Below are positions 10,232 through 19,788 of a DNA stretch of 64,000 nucleotides, one piece after another. Positions within the stretch are counted from its first letter, which is position 1, and each line of letters starts with the position of its first letter. The position numbers were made by a program, and so were the translations under genes. Source of the DNA: Candidatus Micrarchaeota archaeon (GTDB lineage Archaea; Micrarchaeota; Micrarchaeia; Anstonellales; Bilamarchaeaceae); assembly GCA_038046765.1 (NCBI GenBank), contig JBBSVN010000012.1, forward strand, positions 36,044 through 100,043, in the 5' to 3' direction. The notes under the pieces are model-generated. The model saw only the letters and a program-made list of their open reading frames with translations, was not told the origin of the DNA and ran no database searches.

Positions 10232-11480
10232 CCAAGTCGATTCTTACGTAATTGATCTTCTTAAGCGAAGTAAATCTGCTAGTTCTTCCCTTGCATTACT
10301 TAGTACAAAAGAAAAAAATGAGTACTTAATGAAAATGGCCGATTCCTTAGAAAAAAATAGCGAACAAATTCTAAAAGCAAATAGAATTGATGTAGAAAAT
10401 GCAGTAAAAGAAAAAACTTCAGAAAGCTTAATTGATAGATTACGATTAACAAAAGAACGTATATATTCAATTGCAAAAGATGTCCGATTTGTTGCGAGTT
10501 TAGCTGATCCTATTGGCGAAGGCGAAGTATGGAAAGTACCAAATGGATTGGAAATTAAACGATTACGCGTTCCACTTGGAGTTGTTGCGATTATTTATGA
10601 ATCTAGGCCCAACGTAACAGTCGATGTTGCCTCGTTATGTTTAAAAACAGGTAATTCCTGCGTATTAAGAGGGAGTTCGAGTGCGCTTAATTCTAATCGA
10701 GCGATCGTTTCTGCGATTTCTAAAGTACTCCCATCTGATGCAGCACTTTTAATTGATAGCGAAGATCGAAAAGTAGTCGATACGTTAATGCATGCCAGAG
10801 GCTATGTTGACGTTTTAATTCCGAGGGGCGGAGCGAATTTAATTAAACATGTAACAGAAAACGCAACTGTTCCAGTTATTGAAACAGGGAGCGGTAATTG
10901 TCATATATTTATTGATGAATCAGCAGATTTAGAAAAAGCAGAAAAGATTGTTCTTAACGCTAAAACACAACGACCCGGAGTTTGCAATGCTGCTGAAAAA
11001 TTATTAATTCATAAAAATGTTGTTAAAGAATTTTTACCTAAAGTTGCAAAAGCGTTAAACGACAAAAAGGTCGAGCTAAGAGCGGATAAAGAATGTAAAA
11101 CGATTCTCGATTCGCAAAAAATCCCATGCAAGTTCGCAACAGAAGAAGATTGGCCAAAGGAATATTTAGATTTAATCATCGGCATAAAAGTTGTAAATAG
11201 TCTAGATGAAGCAATTGCTCATATTAACAAATATAACACAAAACATACCGAAGCAATTCTAACGAACAACGTAACAAATGCGAATAAGTTTGCAAAAGAA
11301 ATCGATGCTTCAACCGTAATGATTAATGCTTCAACAAGATTTACCGATGGCGGAGAATTTGGTTTTGGTGCTGAAGTAGGAATTAGCACACAAAAAATGC
11401 ATGCAAGGGGCCCAATGGGACTAAAGGAATTGACTACTTATAAATATGTTGTAACTGGAGAAGGACAAGTTAGGGGATAA
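10218..11480 (+). CDS. proA: Gamma-glutamyl phosphate reductase (glutamate-5-semialdehyde dehydrogenase).
   Basis: Aldehyde dehydrogenase family with the typical ProA length and motifs (VLIPRGG, ETGSGNCH). Translationally coupled to proB. Confidence 0.85.
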   Translation: MENINQVDSYVIDLLKRSKSASSSLALLSTKEKNEYLMKMADSLEKNSEQILKANRIDVENAVKEKTSESLIDRLRLTKERIYSIAKDVRFVASLADPIGEGEVWKVPNGLEIKRLRVPLGVVAIIYESRPNVTVDVASLCLKTGNSCVLRGSSSALNSNRAIVSAISKVLPSDAALLIDSEDRKVVDTLMHARGYVDVLIPRGGANLIKHVTENATVPVIETGSGNCHIFIDESADLEKAEKIVLNAKTQRPGVCNAAEKLLIHKNVVKEFLPKVAKALNDKKVELRADKECKTILDSQKIPCKFATEEDWPKEYLDLIIGIKVVNSLDEAIAHINKYNTKHTEAILTNNVTNANKFAKEIDASTVMINASTRFTDGGEFGFGAEVGISTQKMHARGPMGLKELTTYKYVVTGEGQVRG

Positions 11481-11482
11481 CA

Positions 11483-12349
11483 TTAATACAAATATCCCTT
11501 ATACTGTCCTACAAAAACTTCAAACAGATACCTGATAAATGGTCTATACTTTTTATCGTAATCAAACTTCTGCAGCATCAAATAGTAAATTGTTTTTTGA
11601 TCGTTAAAAATATTTAACAACGGATAGTTTGCTTTAAACAAAACAAAATTCATAAGTAGTCTTGCCATTCTTCCGTTTCCATCTCTAAATGGGTGAATCC
11701 GGACAAATTTTAAATGAACTAGAGAAGCTAGTTCAAAAGGATGAAGCTGACTCTTAGCTTGATTATGCCAGGAAATAAATTGCTGCATTAAAACAGGTAC
11801 ATCTGCAAAATTTGGACAAACGTAGTTTCCAACACGAACGTTTACATTTCTGTATTTTCCAGCATCATTCATTATTTCTTTTTGTTCGATGTAATGCAAT
11901 TTTAAAATCATTTCCTCTGTCATTTCTCCTTGATAATCAAAAAGAAAATCAATACATTCGCGCATATTTTCTACTTCTTTGATATCTCGTTCTTTCCCTT
12001 TAGTATTAATCTTCTTGCCAAGTAAAATTGTTTCTGTTTCCTCGATTGTAAGTGTATTGCCTTCAATTGCATTTGTGTTGTAGATAAAACTCACAATACG
12101 TTCTCGCTCTTCCTTCCAAAGATTTTTGCTTATCGAATGTTTTTTTGAGTAATTGCTAGCTACTATTTTCAATATTTCTGTTTCTTTTTTTGTAAGTTTC
12201 GATTGAGCGATCTTTTTGGTTGGCAGTTGATTTGGTGGATGTGTTCCAATATATTTTCTTATTTTTTTAAATTTCCCGTCAACTCTTTTAGTTTCTGTTA
12301 AATAGTAATATGGCTTTCCTTTGATAATTTTCTTTTCCAAATATGTCAT
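11483..12349 (-). CDS. fic: Fic/Doc (Fido) family protein, class II, with an intramolecular inhibitory helix.
   Basis: Canonical Fic motif HPFRDGNGRMARL. An upstream TNAIEGN matches the (S/T)xxxE(G/N) inhibitory motif. Confidence 0.8.
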   Translation of the reverse strand: MTYLEKKIIKGKPYYYLTETKRVDGKFKKIRKYIGTHPPNQLPTKKIAQSKLTKKETEILKIVASNYSKKHSISKNLWKEERERIVSFIYNTNAIEGNTLTIEETETILLGKKINTKGKERDIKEVENMRECIDFLFDYQGEMTEEMILKLHYIEQKEIMNDAGKYRNVNVRVGNYVCPNFADVPVLMQQFISWHNQAKSQLHPFELASLVHLKFVRIHPFRDGNGRMARLLMNFVLFKANYPLLNIFNDQKTIYYLMLQKFDYDKKYRPFIRYLFEVFVGQYKGYLY

Positions 12350-12463
12350 GAATAGTTAGGGGGCACAAGTATTTTAAATAGAATTGGGGGCACAGAAGTG
12401 GATAACTGATCGTTCCCAGTTTTGGGTTTAATGTTTTGGAATTTAGAAAGAATAAGAAAAAAT

Positions 12464-12847
12464 TTAAGATTTCATAAATTTAGGGTGCTCAGTCAAAAAT
12501 TTCTGAACGATCGGATCCCCTATATCTGAAACATACAATCTAACTGAGGAAACTAATAATTGATCTGCTGGATATATTGAATCTCCATCGAAGATGAGTC
12601 TAAATCCAAGTTCGGGGGTCCATTCAATTCCGTTCGTGCGACCTTCTGTTTTTTTAGGATCAGGGGTTATCCGCGTTACGCTAATTTTATTTTCTTCTAT
12701 TTGAACAGAATAACTTATGGATTTGGGTTCTCCATCTGTTTTAGGAAGCCTAGTTCTCTTTGAAGGTGTACCTAACAAATAAGGTTGCTCTGGTGATTTA
12801 AGTTTTTCAAGTTTTTTAGGTCTGTGGTTTCTACCCATAGAAGTCAT
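12464..12847 (-). CDS. Hypothetical basic protein.
   Basis: ORF only. Co-directional with fic. Confidence 0.35.
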   Translation of the reverse strand: MTSMGRNHRPKKLEKLKSPEQPYLLGTPSKRTRLPKTDGEPKSISYSVQIEENKISVTRITPDPKKTEGRTNGIEWTPELGFRLIFDGDSIYPADQLLVSSVRLYVSDIGDPIVQKFLTEHPKFMKS

Positions 12848-13026
12848 CTATTACATAACTTGGTTGAATCTGTTTTTAAACCCTTATTTTTCATAAAAAG
12901 AAACATAAAATATTCTTTGACACGAAATAAAAGCTTTCATTAGTAATGAATACTAGTTTGCAGCGGCAGTACACACTTTCGATAATGCTTAAAGTGCTAT
13001 CTATCAATCTAATATCGCTGATATTT

Positions 13027-13803
13027 ATGTCAACAATCGGGATTATCGGAGCTGGAAGATTGGGAAGCGCATTTGCAGAAGCTTTTGCTAAAAGCTATAA
13101 AATAATTGTTAGTGATCCAAATAAAGAAAATCTTGAGCGATTTAAGAAAATCAAAAACATACAAACAACTACTGATAATATCGAACTCGCTACTAAAAGT
13201 GATTTTGTACTAATTGCAGTCAAACCAAAAGATTTTGATTTAGTTGTTGCACCAATAGCAAAAGCACTAGAAAATAAACTACTTATTTCATTCGCTGCTG
13301 CAGTAAACATAAATCGAATCGAGTCCTTAGGAATAAAAAATGTTATTCGAGTTATGCCAAATATTTGCGTTTCTGTAGATGAAGGATTACTTGCTTATTC
13401 GCTTGGTAAACATGCGAGTACCTACGAAAAACAATTCTTAGACTCTTTTTCTAAAATAGGAAAATGTCTAAAGATGGACGAAAAACTAATCGATCCAATA
13501 ACTGTGTGTTCGGGTTCTGGCCCAGCTTTTATTGCATATTTTGCTGATGCAATCGCAGAAGAAGCGAAATCGAACGGATTAGATTACGAATTAGCGATGC
13601 AAGCAGTTGCCCAGACTTTAGTTGGAACCGGGAAACTTCTTCTATCTGGCAAGCGTGCGCAAGAAATAATTACACAAGTGGCTTCGCCAGGAGGAGTAAC
13701 TGAAGAAGGATTAAAAATTCTTGATAAAAATCAGGTAAAAGAAAAAATTAAGGAATCAATTCGCTTTGCGATGAAAAAGACGATTGAGATGGGAAAGAAA
13801 TAA
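13027..13803 (+). CDS. proC: Pyrroline-5-carboxylate reductase. The ORF is open from 12946; the likely start is MSTIGIIGAGRLG.
   Basis: Rossmann IGIIGAGRLG and a C-terminal SPGGVTEEGL dimerisation/P5CR motif. Confidence 0.8.
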   Translation: MSTIGIIGAGRLGSAFAEAFAKSYKIIVSDPNKENLERFKKIKNIQTTTDNIELATKSDFVLIAVKPKDFDLVVAPIAKALENKLLISFAAAVNINRIESLGIKNVIRVMPNICVSVDEGLLAYSLGKHASTYEKQFLDSFSKIGKCLKMDEKLIDPITVCSGSGPAFIAYFADAIAEEAKSNGLDYELAMQAVAQTLVGTGKLLLSGKRAQEIITQVASPGGVTEEGLKILDKNQVKEKIKESIRFAMKKTIEMGKK

Positions 13804-14442
13804 TTAACTAGGTAATCTTTTGGCAGCTAATCTAGGTACGCGTATATTCGCTTCTGATCTACTGCGATAACCCCTTATTATTATTTCAAAATTCGATCTT
13901 TTACTGTAAAGTTCGTCTAATGGAATTTTACCTTTCATAAAATCAGCACATTTTTCATAAACTCCGTACTCTTTTAGTTTTGGTGCGTATAATTTCAATA
14001 CTTCTTGCTTAGATAAATAGGCTGAAACTGCTCTAACTAAAGCGTTTAAATCTACTATGGTAAAAACACGTCCATCAGCTACTTCGGTATTTACATATCT
14101 TAAAAATTCGGTAATCTTGGCTAATTGGTTCTGTTCGCTTATATTTGATTTATCGCACGCGATTATGTGGTCTGGATTTACAATTCTGATTCCATGCTGA
14201 TTGGATAATACTATTGACCATTTTTTGTTTGCTACATCATAACTCGATGCATCTACTCTATAAATATATTTTGAAATTTCCACTGGTTCTGCATCATCTA
14301 CTACTGCCTGAACTATATTGAAAACCAGAGTACCAATACTAAACGGAGGGAAATTCATTATAAATAAATGTTTAAAAGTGTTTTTAAATGCTAAGGAAAA
14401 TCTATAAACGTGCGGATTCCAGACGAATCTTTTTAAAGTCAA
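13804..14442 (-). CDS. Hypothetical protein.
   Basis: ORF only. Confidence 0.4.
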   Translation of the reverse strand: MTLKRFVWNPHVYRFSLAFKNTFKHLFIMNFPPFSIGTLVFNIVQAVVDDAEPVEISKYIYRVDASSYDVANKKWSIVLSNQHGIRIVNPDHIIACDKSNISEQNQLAKITEFLRYVNTEVADGRVFTIVDLNALVRAVSAYLSKQEVLKLYAPKLKEYGVYEKCADFMKGKIPLDELYSKRSNFEIIIRGYRSRSEANIRVPRLAAKRLPS

Positions 14443-14472
14443 AGTGAATAAACCTTCACATAGGTAACTTTT

Positions 14473-15165
14473 ATGTTTAAAACTTGGTTAAAGTCATTTG
14501 GGTTTGTTCTGTTAGTTATGATTTCACTTCTTTTACTATATACTGCATACGATAAACAAACAAAAACATTACAGTTTGAAAAAGTAATTACTGTACTTTC
14601 ATTTAGTGATACGAAACTCTCTTTAAACGAATTAAATAAAATCACTGCGCTTGGTGCGATTGGAATCATTGCAATCGTATTCATGCTGGGTCCTTTATCC
14701 AAGTTTTTTCCAAAAATATTTGCGCATTATTTAATTTATAGAAAACCAGTCGGTCTAATCGGGTTTGCATTTGCATTAATTCATAGCGTTTATTCTGCTT
14801 ATGTTTTCTATAGTTTTAATCTAGATAAAATAATCTCGGGAGGAAGAATTATCCCATTTACAGCAGGATTACTTTCTCTGTTTATATTTTTCCTTATGGC
14901 AGTAACTTCTACAGAGTCAGCAGTTAAAAAACTTGGATATAAAAACTGGAAAGTACTACAAACATTCGGTTACATCGGTTTACTGTTCGCAGTTGTACAT
15001 TTTTTTGTAATCGAAACAAAGCCAGTTATCGGGTTTGATGTCCGGCCTTATGGAGTTGCATTTTTTGTTATTGCGGTTGTCGCACTTTTACTAAGACTAT
15101 TTTTGGTATTCGTGCAGGTAAAAGAAAGAAAAGCTTATCATGAACACTTTGGGCAGAAGAAATAA
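14473..15165 (+). CDS. Polytopic membrane protein, possibly a ferric-reductase-like / MsrQ-like haem-binding TM domain.
   Basis: Six predicted TM helices with conserved His on TM helices (ALIHSVY, AVVHFFV). Confidence 0.35.
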   Translation: MFKTWLKSFGFVLLVMISLLLLYTAYDKQTKTLQFEKVITVLSFSDTKLSLNELNKITALGAIGIIAIVFMLGPLSKFFPKIFAHYLIYRKPVGLIGFAFALIHSVYSAYVFYSFNLDKIISGGRIIPFTAGLLSLFIFFLMAVTSTESAVKKLGYKNWKVLQTFGYIGLLFAVVHFFVIETKPVIGFDVRPYGVAFFVIAVVALLLRLFLVFVQVKERKAYHEHFGQKK

Positions 15166-15170
15166 TCGAA

Positions 15171-15701
15171 TTATCCTTTTTCTTCTAATCTGTTTACGGC
15201 GTCATGTAAAAATGAATGAAGATTTTCCGATTTTTGGTGTGCGCTAGTATAAGCTACGTAAATTGAAAAAGGCAAAAATACACAGATGCTTACAGCAATC
15301 ATATAGTTCCAACTGGAATTTGTTTGAGAATCCGAAAGGCCACTATGGGACAAAGACGCAAAAGCACTAAATAGAAAAGGAGAAGCTGCCGCACAGGCAA
15401 CCATGAGTGGACCAGAAGTATCTTGTTTGTTACTATTGCTTAGTTTCATATCAAGTGCAATTGAATATAATTTACCTTGTTCACCATTACTTAATTCCAT
15501 TAAGCGAAGTACCGTTCTTCGTTTGCTCGCTCTTAGATTTTGCCTAAGCGCTTGATCCTTTAAACCACATAAGCTCTTGTAGTAAATTTCTCCAAAATAC
15601 ATAAATTCTCTTCGAATCGAATCTCGTTTCGCTTCGCTAACTATCGATCGCGTAAGTAGTACATCTACCTGTCTTTTTGAAAATGCATTTTTAGTTCGCA
15701 T
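15171..15701 (-). CDS. Hypothetical membrane protein.
   Basis: ORF with a C-terminal hydrophobic segment. Co-directional with mscL. Confidence 0.35.
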   Translation of the reverse strand: MRTKNAFSKRQVDVLLTRSIVSEAKRDSIRREFMYFGEIYYKSLCGLKDQALRQNLRASKRRTVLRLMELSNGEQGKLYSIALDMKLSNSNKQDTSGPLMVACAAASPFLFSAFASLSHSGLSDSQTNSSWNYMIAVSICVFLPFSIYVAYTSAHQKSENLHSFLHDAVNRLEEKG

Positions 15702-15708
15702 TAAGAAT

Positions 15709-16014
15709 TCACTTCTTAACTACTTTTTCCTCCTTTAGAACTACTTTGGCAATCATGAAAACTACGAATGCAATTATGACAAAGTTAATTAGTGCGCTTA
15801 AGAAAGCTCCCCACTTTAATGCAATTGGGCCAATATCTAATGTTGCTAGTTCCCAACCTCCTTTTGGCATGAATCCCGTTATCGTTGGCATTATGATGTT
15901 GTTAACTAATGACTGAATTAGGTTTGTAGATGCAATTCCCATAATAACAGCAATAGATAGTCCAATTACTTTGTACTCCATTAAAAATTCTTTAAATTCA
16001 GCAAATATTTTCAT
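15709..16014 (-). CDS. mscL: Large-conductance mechanosensitive channel.
   Basis: MKIFAEFKEFLMEYKVIGLSIAVIMG... aligns with the MscL N-terminus and TM1. 101 aa with two TM helices. Confidence 0.8.
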   Translation of the reverse strand: MKIFAEFKEFLMEYKVIGLSIAVIMGIASTNLIQSLVNNIIMPTITGFMPKGGWELATLDIGPIALKWGAFLSALINFVIIAFVVFMIAKVVLKEEKVVKK

Positions 16015-16229
16015 CGTTTTTCACCTAATTTATTTTTTAGTAACCTAAACTTTTGTAAATCGTTTTCGATTATTTCGAAAGAAAAACTTTTTTCACTACA
16101 TTCTCGTAGATACGATTAACACTAATATTATTATCGACGCAAGCGAAAATCGCTTACGAGCAAGTGTAAGTTTGAAGTTTGCGAGATTTGTTTTCTAGTA
16201 ACAAATAAAATAACAAGTGTATATAAATT

Positions 16230-16470
16230 TATTAGATGATGACCAAGGTGATCGCTGAGCCAAGCCCTAAGCTAGTGCTTGATTTCGTGTCAAACGAGAT
16301 TGAGACAGGAGTAATCCGGCCACGGCCCCATGGCAGTGAAGATTGACGTGCGGTCTGATAATATTTTTGTTTCGAGTTTTGGGTCTAGTGTCTCGACGAA
16401 AAAGGTAGCGAGTTCTGTGTCCTGTGCGGGTAGTGACGAAAATAATCACTTGCAGACCCAAAAGTTAAGT
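16230..16470. ncRNA. Candidate structured non-coding RNA: a GC-rich island inside a 500 bp non-coding gap between two minus-strand genes.
   Basis: Local GC is far above the ~32% background (e.g. ccggccacggcccc). There is a perfect 6 bp stem GGGTCT(16381)/AGACCC(16460) enclosing 68 nt (80 nt element, 16381-16460) and a loose resemblance to RNase P CR motifs. The only ORF here is a weak 64-aa frame. Confidence 0.35.
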
Positions 16471-16511
16471 GTCATAAGTTTTAGAGTCTAATAATTTTAT
16501 TGTGCCTTAAA

Positions 16512-17342
16512 TTAATACTTGGCATTTAATCTTATCAGTCTTTTATACTGCCACACTCTTTCTTTAGCAATCTTAACATTGATATCTGCAGAATTTGTAG
16601 ATCTATAAATGGCTTGCAATGCATAATTAGCCGCAGCAATTGAATGAGTTTTAACATGCGCAGTTGCCATAGCTTGACCAGCTGCACGCGCAGCAGAACG
16701 AGCTGCGTTCTCTTCGCCTACCTCTCTAGCTGCAGCATGAGCATCAAGTGAAGCTTTGCGTACATCTGCCATTTTGAAGTTGCCAGTTTTTATCCATTTT
16801 TGCAGTGTTTCAATAGCATTTCTAGGTCGTTTGTCTTTTTGGTGGCTATCTTCAAAATAATGTAAAATTCTCTTAACACAAGTAATTGCCCATATTGCTA
16901 AAGTTTTCTTTTCTGTTTTTTTGACAAGATCTAAAAGATAAGGGTCTATTTGTGCAAGTGAAAACTTTGGTTTGTCCTTAGTTTTATTTTGGTCTACCCT
17001 GAATTTTACAATTCTTTTAACAAGTTCATATGGGATCGGTTTATTAATCGGAAACTGAATAGAACCCTTTGCTTGTTTATAACTTGTTAGTTCTTTTTTA
17101 AAAGTAATTATTGCAGATGGAGTTGGATAAAATCCAACATGATTTTTGAATGCAGCAAAATGTACCAGATTCCCATTTAACTTAAATGTCGGAATCCCGT
17201 AGCTTATGGTTTCTTGCGATTCTGGTGCTAAATGTCGTATTACTTTACGCAATTTTTGTAAAATTAATTGAACATTTTTTGGTAATGTAAATATATAACT
17301 TTCTATATCCTTGAAAACTCTTTTTCGAAGGGCATTTTTCAT
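16512..17342 (-). CDS. DUF1801 (YdhG/YdeI-like) domain protein with a C-terminal Ala-rich helical domain. The likely start is MKNALRK (the ORF is open to 17447).
   Basis: GFYPTPS...LVHFAAFKNHVGFYP matches DUF1801. The C-terminus has an AAREVGEENAARSAARAAGQAMATAH repeat. Confidence 0.45.
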   Translation of the reverse strand: MKNALRKRVFKDIESYIFTLPKNVQLILQKLRKVIRHLAPESQETISYGIPTFKLNGNLVHFAAFKNHVGFYPTPSAIITFKKELTSYKQAKGSIQFPINKPIPYELVKRIVKFRVDQNKTKDKPKFSLAQIDPYLLDLVKKTEKKTLAIWAITCVKRILHYFEDSHQKDKRPRNAIETLQKWIKTGNFKMADVRKASLDAHAAAREVGEENAARSAARAAGQAMATAHVKTHSIAAANYALQAIYRSTNSADINVKIAKERVWQYKRLIRLNAKY

Positions 17343-17436
17343 ATGCTTAGAACAACCTAAAGCCTTAAAAAAGAAAGTAAAATTATTATTGGGGGTTTGA
17401 TAAAGAATATAAATACTAACGCTCGAAAGAATTAAT

Positions 17437-17886
17437 ATGTCAAACAACAGCGTAACATTGCATAGAGTCCTTAAGGCAACACCTGAAAAGGTTTATCGCG
17501 CCTTTACCGATCCTAATGCGCTTGCTTCTTGGATACCTCCCTACGGGTTTGTGTGTATTATCCATAGTATGGAAGTAAAACCAGGCGGAGCTTACAAATC
17601 ATCATTCATCAATTTTTCTACTGGAAAAAAACATTCTTTTGGCGGAAAATATCTTGAAATTAAACCAAATGAATTCTTAAAATACACTGATAAATTTGAT
17701 GACCTTAACTTGCCTGGAGAAATGATTACTTCGGTTTGGCTTAAGAAAGTTTCAACTGGAACAGAACTTAAAATAATCCAAGAAGGTATTCCAGCAGTTA
17801 TACCAACTGAAATGTGCTATTTAGGGTGGCAGGAGTCATTAGAAAAATTAAAAAAGTTAGTTGAACCAGAGATTTCAGATTCCTAA
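17437..17886 (+). CDS. SRPBCC / AHSA1 (Aha1-like) domain protein.
   Basis: LHRVLKATPEKVYRAFTDPNALASW is the typical AHSA1/SRPBCC N-terminus. Confidence 0.6.
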   Translation: MSNNSVTLHRVLKATPEKVYRAFTDPNALASWIPPYGFVCIIHSMEVKPGGAYKSSFINFSTGKKHSFGGKYLEIKPNEFLKYTDKFDDLNLPGEMITSVWLKKVSTGTELKIIQEGIPAVIPTEMCYLGWQESLEKLKKLVEPEISDS

Positions 17887-17986
17887 TTTTGTTATAAATA
17901 ATATCGATGGAATTATAGGGCAATAACGCCTTAAGACCAATCGTAATAATTATAAATCTTATACAAATATATGAACGGGGGAGAAT

Positions 17987-18862
17987 ATGGCAAAACAAAA
18001 AATAGTTCCATGTTTATGGTTTGATAAGGAAGCAGTGGAAGCTGCCGAATTCTACACTTTAGTCTTTAATGACGCAAAAATAATACACAAGTCAATAATA
18101 CGTAATACTCCATCGGGCGATTGCGATATTGTTGGTTTTCAGATCATGGGTTATAATTTTATGGCCATAAGCGCAGGTCCACTCTTCAAGACTAATCCTT
18201 CAATATCCTTTCATATTAAATGCAAGAGCGTTGATGAAGTAGATAAAATTTGGGCAATGCTTTCTACTCAAGGAAAGATCATGATGGAACTTGGAGAATA
18301 TCCATTTAGTAAGCGGTATGGCTGGGTAGAAGATAAATACGGGGTCTCATGGCAGGTTATTTACATGGAAGGTAATTTTAAGCAAAGAATAATGCCTGCG
18401 CTTATGTTTACCAAAGATTTATCTGGAAAAGCACAAGATGCGATTAGTTTCTACGAATCCGTTTTCCCTGAATCAAAATCTCACGTCTTTATGCGCTACG
18501 CTAAAGGCGAGGAGCCAGATAAAGAGGGTACGGTGAAATATGCACAGTTGATTCTTGCAGGTCAGGAATTTGGTGTTATGGATTCTGCTCATGCACACAA
18601 ATTCAAATTTAACGAAGCGGTTTCCCTTATGGTCAACTGTAACGATCAAAAAGAAATCGATTATTTTTGGAACAAACTTTCTGCAGTTGCGGAATTCGAA
18701 CAATGTGGTTGGGTAAGAGATAAATTTGGCGTCTATTGGCAGATAATGCCAGAAAATATGGCTGAACTGATGGGGAAAAATCCAGATAAAACGACTCCCG
18801 CAATGCTTAACATGAAGAAAATTATTATTGCAGACCTAATACAAGCTGGGGAAGAAAAATAA
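17987..18862 (+). CDS. VOC superfamily protein with two tandem PhnB-like / 3-demethylubiquinone-9 3-methyltransferase-like domains.
   Basis: VPCLWFDKEAVEAAEFY and YGVSWQV, then a second repeat MPALMF...FGVYWQI. Confidence 0.6.
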   Translation: MAKQKIVPCLWFDKEAVEAAEFYTLVFNDAKIIHKSIIRNTPSGDCDIVGFQIMGYNFMAISAGPLFKTNPSISFHIKCKSVDEVDKIWAMLSTQGKIMMELGEYPFSKRYGWVEDKYGVSWQVIYMEGNFKQRIMPALMFTKDLSGKAQDAISFYESVFPESKSHVFMRYAKGEEPDKEGTVKYAQLILAGQEFGVMDSAHAHKFKFNEAVSLMVNCNDQKEIDYFWNKLSAVAEFEQCGWVRDKFGVYWQIMPENMAELMGKNPDKTTPAMLNMKKIIIADLIQAGEEK

Positions 18863-18882
18863 AAATAAAACGGTGAATAAAC

Positions 18883-19338
18883 ATGCAACAAAATGAAGTT
18901 GAATCAACTGGTCACAATCGACAAATCTTCGTTAATCTGGCCGTAAAAGATCTTAAGAAAACAATCGAGTTTTTTACAAAATTAGGTTTCAAATTTAATC
19001 CTCAATTTACTAATGAAAATGCAACCTGTATGATTATTGGAAAAGATTCTTATGTAATGCTACTAGTTGAAAAATTCTTCAAAGGATTTATTCCAAATAA
19101 ACAAATTTGTGATGCAAAAAAGAATACTGAAGTTCTTGTTGCACTATCCGCTGCAAGCAAAGAAGAAGTTGATCAAATGATAAACATAGCTATTGCAGCT
19201 GGTGGAAAAGAATATCGCGAAACCCAAGACTACGGATGGATGTATGGACGCGCTTTTGAAGATCTTGATGGCCACATTTGGGAACTAGGGTATATGGACA
19301 TGGATAACCTTCCAGAAGAAATGAAAAATAAAAAGTAA
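18883..19338 (+). CDS. Glyoxalase/bleomycin-resistance (VOC) family protein.
   Basis: Typical VOC beta-alpha-beta-beta-beta length with a DGHIWELGY C-terminus. Confidence 0.55.
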   Translation: MQQNEVESTGHNRQIFVNLAVKDLKKTIEFFTKLGFKFNPQFTNENATCMIIGKDSYVMLLVEKFFKGFIPNKQICDAKKNTEVLVALSAASKEEVDQMINIAIAAGGKEYRETQDYGWMYGRAFEDLDGHIWELGYMDMDNLPEEMKNKK

Positions 19339-19370
19339 AAAACTTAAGAAAATAAATAAGGACATTTGAG

Positions 19371-19784
19371 GTGAAAAATATGGTTATGAATCCAGTAGTA
19401 CATTTTGAATTACCAGCAGAAGATAGAAAGCGATCAAGTAAATTTTATACCGAAGCTTTTGGTTGGCAGATGAATCATCTAGGAAAAGATATGGGAGAGT
19501 ACATAATCGCCATGACAACTGAGTCTGATGAAAAAGGGCCAAAAAAATTAGGTGTAATTAACGGCGGAATTTATCAAAAAACAAAAGAAATGCCACCTCA
19601 ATATCCATCGGTTGTAATTTCAGTTGACAATATTCAAGAGTCAATGAAAAAAGTAATCTTGGCTGGGGGTAAATTACAAGGGGAACCAATGGAAATTCCA
19701 GGTGTCGGACAATACGTTTCCTTTGTCGATACTGAAGGTAATAGGTTAAGTATGCTTCAGCCTGCACCAATGATGCAAAAATAA
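19371..19784 (+). CDS. Glyoxalase/VOC family protein.
   Basis: VVHFELPAEDRKRSSKFYTEAFGW is the VOC N-terminal motif. Confidence 0.55.
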   Translation: MKNMVMNPVVHFELPAEDRKRSSKFYTEAFGWQMNHLGKDMGEYIIAMTTESDEKGPKKLGVINGGIYQKTKEMPPQYPSVVISVDNIQESMKKVILAGGKLQGEPMEIPGVGQYVSFVDTEGNRLSMLQPAPMMQK

Positions 19785-19788
19785 AAAA

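Noticed and set aside
12946-13026. N-terminal extensions of proC (also the DedA gene at 30705-30828, the GNAT gene at 23360-23458 and the DUF1801 gene at 17343-17447) as real coding sequence.
   Set aside because: In each case, alignment to the family N-terminus and TATA-like boxes support an internal Met start. The upstream ORF extension is hydrophobic and non-conserved.
16236-16330. Possible C/D box sRNA (ATGATGA ... CTGA).
   Set aside because: A C box and a D' box are present, but no properly spaced C'/D boxes. The spacing is inconsistent with archaeal C/D sRNAs.
16267-16461. 64-aa ORF on the minus strand.
   Set aside because: It lies in a GC-rich, probably RNA-encoding island, is Arg-rich and of low complexity, and has no start context. 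Likely spurious.
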